Position numbers and translations under genes: made by a program. A stretch of DNA of 62,128 nt, the filler included, from Platydemus manokwari (lineage: Eukaryota): NCBI GenBank assembly GCA_037951405.1. It is 5 parts of 5 records of this genome, joined end to end, with 100 filler letters (N's around TTAATTAATTAA, not from the genome) between each part and the next. Parts side by side here need not be neighbours in the genome. Positions count along the whole stretch, not along the records: positions 53,316 to 62,128 come from JBBMOY011345760.1; 4 more parts are not named here. One strand, given 5' to 3'. The stretch's first letter is position 1. Each line of letters opens with the position of its first letter. Under the pieces are notes generated by a model, which worked only from the letters and a program-made list of their open reading frames with translations, was not told where the DNA came from and ran no database searches. Shown here piece by piece: positions 53,387 through 62,128 of this stretch.

Positions 53387-55939
53387 AGTTAGATAAAAAA
53401 AATGAGATTTGTTTTAATATTAAAAACAAATTTGTGCGATTTTTAAAATAAAATAAAAGATTGATGAAAAGAACTTATGTTTTTACTGGTGACCACGCCG
53501 AAATTTAAGCTCTAACTAGAGTTAAACGAGAAGAGATGCAGAAAATTTTTGCGAATCTGACACAAATAACTCAGGGATTATTAATTCCGAAACCGTCATT
53601 CTTCAGTTCATCAATCCAAACTGTTGAGAAATATTTCCAAACAAAAAAAGATTTCGCAACATTTAATTAAATGGAACTATCATTTGCATTTGACATGCTG
53701 TTGAGAGATGACGCCAAACAACTGTGGCAAGAATTCAGCAATTTCAAAGAAGTTATTTCAAATGAATAGATTGAAAAATGGTTTTTAGAAACATTTTCAC
53801 ATGCCAAAACAGTGTAGGACAATGTTCAAGTTTTGGCAGCAATGCAATAAAGACAAGATGAAAAATACCACAGTTTTGAACTTCGGGTAAAGAAACTAGT
53901 TTCTGACGTGTTTGACAAGAAAAACACTCTTGAAGAAATTTCAAGACTCTTTATTCTGCAATGTCTAAATAGCTAGAAATTGAAAGAGTATTTTACTCTC
54001 GACCCTGCAATGTCCGACGATAGAAGAAGAGACCTAGTTGTAAATTATGAGAAGTTAACTCCGACGAAGCCCATAAACGCCATCAAGAAGACATATGCTC
54101 AGTCGGTATTTCAAAGTGATCCAAGAAAGACATTTTAGAAGGAGACTTCGTTCAAAAAGCGAAGTCCAATCGTGCAGAAAAGAGATTTTGGTGTTAAAGA
54201 ATATCATCGAGTACCACTTAATCGCAATAAATCTCCAAACAATGAGAGACAAACAAGATCAATGAAGGCTATTGCCTCTAAATTTAACAATGATTGTAGA
54301 GTAAAACCCATACCATGTGATGATTATTTGAAACCAGGAGCTTGTTTTTGCTGACATGAGCTTGAAAACCGGAAGTTTGAATGTCCACTGCGAAATAAAT
54401 GTTTGATATGCGGAAAAGAAGAACATTCGTTCAGAGAATGTCATTTAGCCACAAAGCCTAGTCACAATAGTCAGAGGAGAATACTGAGCATCCATGACGA
54501 AGAAAATGAAGCCGATATTCAAATCGAAAGTGAATCAAGTAATTGTATTAGCTCACTTTCCATGGAAGACAAAAAAATGGAATCAACCTCCTGTGCCTAT
54601 CTCGTCAGTGAGAAAGGCAGTAAGATATCGAGGAAGCACTCACAGATGTATCAAAAAGCAGATGGTAGACAGTGGAGTAAAATTGATTGTAACGGTAGAG
54701 ATATTGAAATGTTATGGGATTCTGGTGCATCGATAACAGTAATGAATGAGAGCAATTGGAGGCGCATTGGAAAGTCGCAGATTACAAATTCTGATGTTCG
54801 ATTGCCTGGTGCATTTTCCAATACACACAAATTGTGTCTATGAAAATAGGGATAGTTTGGAACAACAAAATTCTAGTATAGCAGATCATTGTAGTAAAAG
54901 AAATTTCACCAGGATTTATCGGAGAAGTTGATATGATGAAGACTTATGGAATATTCCTTGCAGGGATAAAATCAATTGATGCCAAGAAATACAACTACCA
55001 AGACAGAGTAAAAATGGCACTAAAGAGTATTACTGATAAGAACAATATTTCATTGGATAGGCGTTTAAAAGAAAATGGCTCAATTTGTCATATATGTCAA
55101 GAAGCATCGAGTATGAAGTATGGAATTGTGATATTTGTGCTAAACGGAAGGTATACGCTGGACGGACTAAAGAGATTATGATTCCCAGGGAAGTGTTTGG
55201 TTTTCTGGAACAGATCGTTGTTGATGTTGCGCACTTTGGAGAATTTATGACTAAAACTAAGTATTTGTTGGTTATTGTAGATAGATTCAGTAAGTTAGTA
55301 AGCTTGATACCACTTATTCGACAAGACGAAATAAGTATTTCCAAGTCCATCATCGATAAATGCATTTATAGGTATGGTGCTTCAAAATCTAAGCTGATCG
55401 GGGTAGAGTCTTCGAAAGAAAGGATGAAGGAATTAGCCATACGATTTGGAATAAAACAAGAGTTTATCTCCCCATACCAACATCAGGTAAATGACTTAGC
55501 CGAAAGGATGATTAGGATGGTCCGATACATAGTGGTCACAACGATGGTATCAGAGAAACAGGCTTGGGATAAAATAATACCTCGTATAGAATTCATCATC
55601 AATGTAACATATCAGAGCTCAATTCAGCGCTCCTCTTTTGAAATATTGTTTGGACGAAGAATTAATATACGTGGGTTACGACTAAATGAACCAAGTCATC
55701 ACGACCAGAACATCAAAGACTCGGAAAACCAGTTAAAATCAGTAGCCACAAACTTAAAGAAATTCGATGCTAAAAAGAGTTTGTAGAATTTGTAGAGAAA
55801 TGAGTGGCTGAAAAGGATTTCACAAACAACGGGATAGGGAAGTTAGATAAAAAATGAGATTTGTTTTAATATTAAAAAACAAACGCGTGTGATTTTTAAA
55901 AAAAGTAAAATATTGATAGTAACAACTTATGTTTTTACT
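53387..55939 (+). mobile_element. Gypsy-like LTR retrotransposon, 2553 bp, gag-protease-integrase only (no RT/RNase H)
   Basis: LTRs 53387-53487 and 55841-55939 (AGTTAGATAAAA...TTATGTTTTTACT). TSD AAGAT at 53382-53386 and 55940-55944. PBS-like TGGTGACCACGCCG at 53487 and PPT GGGATAGGGA at 55831-55840. Gag CCHC knuckle CLICGKEEHSFREC; protease LWDSGASITVM; integrase CDIC, IVVDVAH, YLLVIVDRFSK, SPYQHQVNDLAERMIR. Confidence 0.93.
55085..55786 (+). pseudogene. Retrotransposon integrase (rve core) of the LTR element
   Basis: ORF-track translation with the CxxC remnant and DDE-region motifs listed above; the second-Asp region is disrupted. Confidence 0.85.
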
Positions 55940-57227
55940 AAGATAATTGTAAAAATTTATAAAATATAACTTCTAAATTATTAAGTTTCCTTAATATCAC
56001 ATGATCACGGATTTCATAATCGAGAAAGACTTTCAAACAATATTCCTATCTTGCATTGTATTTCTATAACTTTTACTCAAAGAAAAAAGATTCAATAATA
56101 AATCAAACAATCCATTTTCCCATCATATTTACTGATTGTATTTACATATTGTAATTTTTTATCTTATTGATCTTCACTACTTTGGATGAAATCGAGAAAT
56201 CAGGAAATACAATAAAACAAATTTGTATTAACACTATTTTGTAATTAGCTTGTTTACTGAATAATAAAAACGATTTATTTTAATAATATTATTTATACTA
56301 GGTGATGAGTTATTATTTTTTAAATATTTTTATTTTAAATATAAGCAGATAACCCTGAATTTGATAGAAGTTGTATTTGTGATTTATTAATATTTCGGCA
56401 CTATAGTTTTTAAAATCAATTTTCATTTATTTGCAATAGTAGTTGAGTTTTTTTGATTAATTTTTCTCGTATTTCTCCCACATGTCGTAACAATACACAA
56501 ATCTCTAAATTCTTTTGACCGGGATATTTACTTAATTTCAGGTATAACTCTCGTATCTTCAGGTATTTAGAGTATGTAATCTTTAAATTCAATTGAAAAA
56601 TCCCGTATAAAACTAATGATTATATTAATTTTTAATATTCATGGGACGCGTTTACGGTAAAACCTTTGATTTTTAAGTAGTGCGAGCTCTTCTATGTTTG
56701 CACAGCTTAATCATTATTTTTGTTACGTAGATACGTAAATGCCATTTCACATAAATCTGTTGACGTTATGTACAACAAAATGTTGAGTGGCTTCTCGAAT
56801 AACAGTAGATATCATCGAATATATTTAGCTCAAAAAATGAAAGTGATTTTTTAAAATTTAATTAAAATACTCAATCACGTGTCAATTCAGCTAACTCTAA
56901 CTGTTATATTCGATAAGGTTAGAAGTTATAATCTAATTGTAATTCTCAACGGTGTCAAACAAAATTAATTAATTAATTATCATAATTAAGTTCGCATAAA
57001 TAGTGAATTCGAAGTTAATCCATTAAAATAATCAACTCCTAATTAATATTTAAAGGCTTTTTTGGTACAACCGTTCCTATTCATGACTATTAATTGCTTA
57101 AAATTTATCTCCACGTAAATTAATAATATATTTTTTATTGTTAATTATCGGGGTTATTTAATTTAAAAGAGAATGACTTTCTACAAACAATTGGGCATTG
57201 TTTATTTTAAATTTTTATATTCTTTAG

Positions 57228-57683
57228 ATACCCGAGGTGGAAACTATCAGCCAACCAGAGGATTTGTGTTGTGAAACTAGTTCTGCTATTGATCCCATTG
57301 AAAGGGATTCTATTGAAGCTTCTAAAATGCTTATGGAATTAGGAATCACAGATAAGCACATCGAAATTGCTCAAGCTCAAACGGTAAGAAATTACGTGAC
57401 AGGTACTTACAGAATAATGCTTCATCGAGTTCATCGGTAAAACTCATTTCAATACAAATTTATTAAGATTATAAATTGTAATAGAAATCGACGCATGAGT
57501 AACATTCCACATAGCATCAGTAACCCGGAATTGGGCCGACGTTTCTTCAGTAATCGCAGATATACAAATCGAAACGCATCGAAGAATTTTAACGGTGGGG
57601 GAACGAAATCTAAATCATCTTCTAATTCAGATAAAGGTACTGAAGCCAATCAAAAATCTAGCAAGATGTGCAATATTTTATGA
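57228..57683 (+). CDS. NIM1K: NIM1K-like Ser/Thr kinase, last two exons (57228-57436, 57485-57683)
   Basis: Spliced product ...LMELGITDKHIEIAQAQTVRNYVTGTYRIMLHRVHR...SSKMCNIL* matches the NIM1K C-terminus (LGITEEHI...ITGVYRIILHRVQR...SKFCSIL), including the CaaX box. The 48-nt intron is GT-AG, phase 2. Confidence 0.85.
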
Positions 57684-59534
57684 AAAAATTACTTCAGAAT
57701 ATTCATTTCACAACTAACCGTTCGGTGAATATCATAAATAATAGAGTTTTCTTATTCCAGGGTTAATCGAAGTTCTGGCTATTTTTATCTAAGAAAATTT
57801 TATATAATTCGATGTAAATTTTACAAATTATTTTTTGACCAATAAATATTACTTTTATTGCTTTTCTGTGATTTTTAATTGACTATTTAAGATATAGGCA
57901 TCGTTTAATTTATTTGAATTAATGAACTTTAGAAGAGAGATATCATAGTTATTTTAAGTGTTTGGCTTATTAGAATCTTAACGATCTTAGTATTTGAATT
58001 TGTGAATTATACATAAAAAATGTTCAGTGCTTAATTGAAGAACTAAATTTTCGAAATCAATATAATGAAAAATGCGTCGCATATAGAAGTTTTATTATAT
58101 CAATTTGTCAATACTCGCATTCCAAAATCAATTCGCTACGGTATCAGCATCCGAAAGCTCAAATAAAAACATAATAAATAACATTAGAGTGATCACATAA
58201 AAGTTTAAGATTGATAAAAGGACTTTTATAGACTTGATGTTTCACTTGTAGCTTTACCATTTTTATTTGCTGGAACAATTTGCATACTAGTTTTTTAGTA
58301 GATTCTCTTCTAACTTTGGTTCCATTGTTTGATGCCCGTTGTCGGTGTGCGTCATTTGATGATCGAATTTTATTTGTGATTTGATATTTTGGAAGTATTT
58401 GATTGGCTATTTACAAGTGCGCCAATTAAGTTTGCGCATTTTGAGTATTTTGAGGGTTATTTCAAGGTTTACATAATTATCTTGCTTTGTTTTTGTGACA
58501 CATTCAACTTCCTTTAGTAATGAGAACTATTGAGAGAAGAAATATCTTTGAGTCGTGTAGGTGGCAGAGCTTGCTTGTGTTATCAATTTAGAAAAATTTG
58601 TTTTTCTCATAGCTGACAGTAACGTTAAGTTGGATATTGTAACAATGACTATAAAATTTATTATAAAATTTGGTTCACTGTTAGACAGTTGGTGGCTGTA
58701 ATGTATGTGAAATACACGCATAAGTGCATTAAAATAATCCATAAAATAATAAAAATGAAAATAAAAACCATTATTTCAAAATAACGGACATTTATCTCTA
58801 AATAAAATTTAAGAGTCTGAACTAAGAAACTACAAGTAATTTAAAATTTTAAAACAAAGACAATGCAAATATTAACTTAGAATATTTCTTAGATGTCATT
58901 AAACGAACAGAGACCAGTGTAATATAACAAAGTGAGTAATTGCCTTTATATATTAAGCTGTTATTCCAAGCTATTCTGTTATTCTAATATGGGAGGAGGA
59001 TAAATGGAGATGTTGGATGATTTGGAGCTTTTCATTTCCTTAAAATTGGCAAAAGATTAAAATATATAGGCACTATCAAAGCCAAGATTATGGCTATTTT
59101 AAAAATCAATATAGTGAATTTCATCCGAAGACGAATTTATATCCAAAATAAGTCTAATATACAATGTCATAGTAATTAATAAGAGTATTTTTAGATAATT
59201 TATTAACGTTGTCGTTTGGAACCCAAATTAGTATCTAAAATATATCAATAATTATGTAAACAACAACCCGAGAAAAAAAGTTTGCTAATTAAAATCACAA
59301 ATATTTCAGTATTAATCAATAAATACCAACAAAAGTCGAACTTTTTATTGAAATATCCCACAGAGAAAATTTATTTAAAAATTTAAGTGATCAATCTACT
59401 TTTCAACTGATTTTAGTGATATTTTTAAAATAATCAAACACGATAGACCAATGAAAATAACAATAAAATAGACCGACGAAGAAAACAAGAAACAATCGAA
59501 TCGCAATAGTAAAACAAATTAAACTCGTAACTAT

Positions 59535-61780
59535 CTAACTGTTTCCTGTTACTCGCTGAATTTCAAATAGCTGAATATTTGTATCGTACCATATTGGGGG
59601 TTCAATATTTCTAAATAAATTTATGAAGTAACATTTGAGATTGATACAAGAATTATCACCTCAAATAAATTACACCCCACATATATGTACGGAACCATTT
59701 ATCTGTTCCTGGGTTACTCTGATACTTTCTGATGAGAATAGGGTGTGGAACAGGAAGCAAACCAACAAGTGTTCCTCTTTGTAGAAACTTAATGATTTCT
59801 GATTCATCTGTAAGACCCCTTAAAATTAAAAATGCAAATATAATGACAATATAGATATGACATACTTATCAATACAAATCTTTTCAACTTGAGGAACCAA
59901 CACTTGAAGGAGTCGCATAATTGTTTGTAAAGGTAACTTCTGTTTCCAACTTTGTATCCAATCAGGAGAAGGCATCCATTCTTCTCCATGAGAATTTTGA
60001 ACTTTTGAGGAGCCACTTTCATCGGAGGTACTTGTCTAAAAAAACTGGTTTTAATATTATAATGAAGTTCTGGGTCTATAATAAAATATAAATTTATATA
60101 TTATTCGGTTGATAACTGAAAAATTGTAAATTAAAATTCACTCTAAGAAATATTATATGCTATTTGGAAACTGTTGCATCGAAATCTATTCCTAGAATAT
60201 TGTAATTAATTGTTATTAGAACATCGATGAAATTTTATGATTGGAAAATACATTCGTAAACCAAATTTGAAATAACATACGGCTTCACTATAATTCGGAT
60301 ATATTTACAATGAATGACCTAAAATTATTACTACTAAAAGGTATATAAATATACAAATTCATTGGAATTAATATTAAAATAATTCAATAGTACTGAAATA
60401 TTATGCGGAAACTTTGGTTGCAGCGCATTCATAAGATAAACTAAGTTTTAATCAAAAAATGATTTTTAAAGAGATATATTAAAGCGACACCAATCTATAT
60501 ATAATTAAAAAAGTATAACAATAACCTTCCATAAAAGAATTATTGTGTTCTAAATAAATTCATAAAGGGTACCCCGCAAGTAAAGTGCTTATTACTAATG
60601 ACCTCTGGTTGAACATCTTTCCCATGTTCATTGAAATCAAATGATCAAGCTGTGGGATAATACATTTCAAAAAATTAGCAAACAAACATCTCAAAAGCCC
60701 AATAATTAAAGAAGTAATACAAAAAATGAAACCAATTCAAAGTTATTTAGCAGTTGTTTCCAAAAGTCAACTTTTTATGATTTTGCATACAATATTAAAG
60801 TGATTCATTTAAAGAAAAATACTCTAGAACATTCAATAAATTTTTTCTATTTGTGATTTATGTAAAATATTAATGATTTTCTTTGAGAAATATTCTAAAA
60901 ATATTTATTTACAATTTTCTAATTTTTTAAAAATATATTTTTAACATATTCAACAATATAATGAAAATTAAATAAGAAAATCTACCAATGGTGTTGTTCC
61001 AACATTTGATCGACTTTTATCAATAGTAAATTGCAAAGAAGGAGTTACTTCCAGACTTGCTTTTAGTTGCCCAGTTTCAACATCTAAATTAATTTGACTA
61101 GAACTCTAAAATTAGCAGACAAAATCAATTAAATCAATGAACTACATTTAATGGGTACTTCTATACTAGTACTTCTCAAGCTTACTGGAGAACTTGGGGT
61201 TTGAGGAGTGTAAAAGCTGCCAGACGGACTATTTCCCGACACTGGCGCTGGTAACATAACTGCTATTTTGGCTGCCCTCTTTGATTTTTTACTAAGTGCT
61301 TGTGAAATACTAGTTATGTCGGATTTTAAGCTGCTGAGGTCATGAAAAATTTGTCGTTTCCGTATCATCGAATAGATAAGATTACTGTTACCTGCAAAAA
61401 TAGGATCATTAATAACCTAAAAAATATAATTATTTACTATATTAATTTGAATGAAATTCCTTGATTTTGAAATCTTACTAAAAATTCAATCCTAACTTTA
61501 AAGTATTAAATTATAAATATATTTCAAAGAATTATTAATCTGTTAATTTTAATGATAAATATTATTATTTGTGACATTAAAATAATTATTTCTAAAAAAC
61601 CATTAAATCACATACCGTCAAATTGATATTGAATAATGTTGTTGAGGACCTCCAATAGAAAAAATATTAAATGGTGATTAGTAGGACTTGAGAACAAAAA
61701 CCAGGGAGTGCTGAAGGCTTCGATTAAATGTAGAATCTTAGTGGCAGCAACCATTGACATGGATTTTAAATACGGCGAAA
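59535..61780 (-). CDS. HID1: HID1 domain-containing protein, 3' exons (gene continues beyond the window end)
   Basis: Exons 61780-61616 (SPYLKSMSM...NNIIQYQFD), 61391-~61146 (GNSNLIYSMIRKRQIFH), ~61083-60986, 60035-59866 (WIQSWKQKLPLQTIMRLLQVLVPQVEKICID), 59818-59660 (GLTDESEIIKFL...GLLPVPHPILIRKY...YMWGVIYL) and 59610-59535 (NIEPPIWYDTNIQLFEIQRV). Confidence 0.95.
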
Positions 61781-62128
61781 CTAAAATATTTGCCAATGAG
61801 TTTTTATTACATTAAATCTATAGGTGACATAAATGTCAGAATTCTTTATATTAAGAAAACTTTTAATCGGCTATTCGTATTTATATATAAAAAATTCATC
61901 TTCGGACACATTCATCTTCAAAGTTCAATCATAAGTATTAAGAACCATTAAATTATTTGTTATATCTCATGCTAATGTTTGTCGTGAATAGAATATCTAT
62001 TTTTATTTAACAAAATTGCTACAAAATTGATAAAATGATTTTTAGAAAATTGAAAAATGATAGATTTTCAACATTTCAACTTATACCTTTTAATACATCA
62101 TATACAACACGATCAGAATAATAATGAT

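Noticed and set aside
59804-60022. 72-aa minus ORF from the ORF track
   Set aside because: Wrong-frame overlap of a HID1 exon.
60178-60189. ATCGAAATCTAT resembling part of a planarian spliced leader as I recall it
   Set aside because: Only a 12-bp AT-rich match in a HID1 intron, with no flanking SL sequence, donor or Sm site.

Overview
Very AT-rich eukaryotic genomic DNA with short GT-AG introns, most consistent with a planarian-type flatworm draft scaffold (inference from composition, intron sizes and TE content). Four 100-bp assembly gaps carry a TTAATTAATTAA spacer. Recognisable host genes are a multi-exon MAP4K3/5 (happyhour)-family kinase with a CNH domain (minus strand, 41017 to at least 26852), the 3' half of HID1 (minus) and the last two exons of a NIM1K-like kinase (plus). 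A decayed glyoxalase II (HAGH) fragment and several orphan coding exons are also present. The most novel coding signal is a run of four phase-1 exons (264/264/264/255 nt, 45086-47274), each encoding a divergent Ig-like domain with the signature C-x41/43-C-x2-C-G-x9-C-Y. Mobile DNA includes a structurally complete 2.55-kb LTR element with ~100-bp AGT...ACT LTRs, a TSD, PBS and PPT, which encodes gag-protease-integrase but no RT/RNase H. An older related copy has the same layout. The window also holds a NeSL/Utopia-like RLE non-LTR fragment, ~700-bp hAT and mariner deletion derivatives, and an unclassified ~580-bp interspersed repeat. A 10-nt microexon is needed to keep the MAP4K reading frame.
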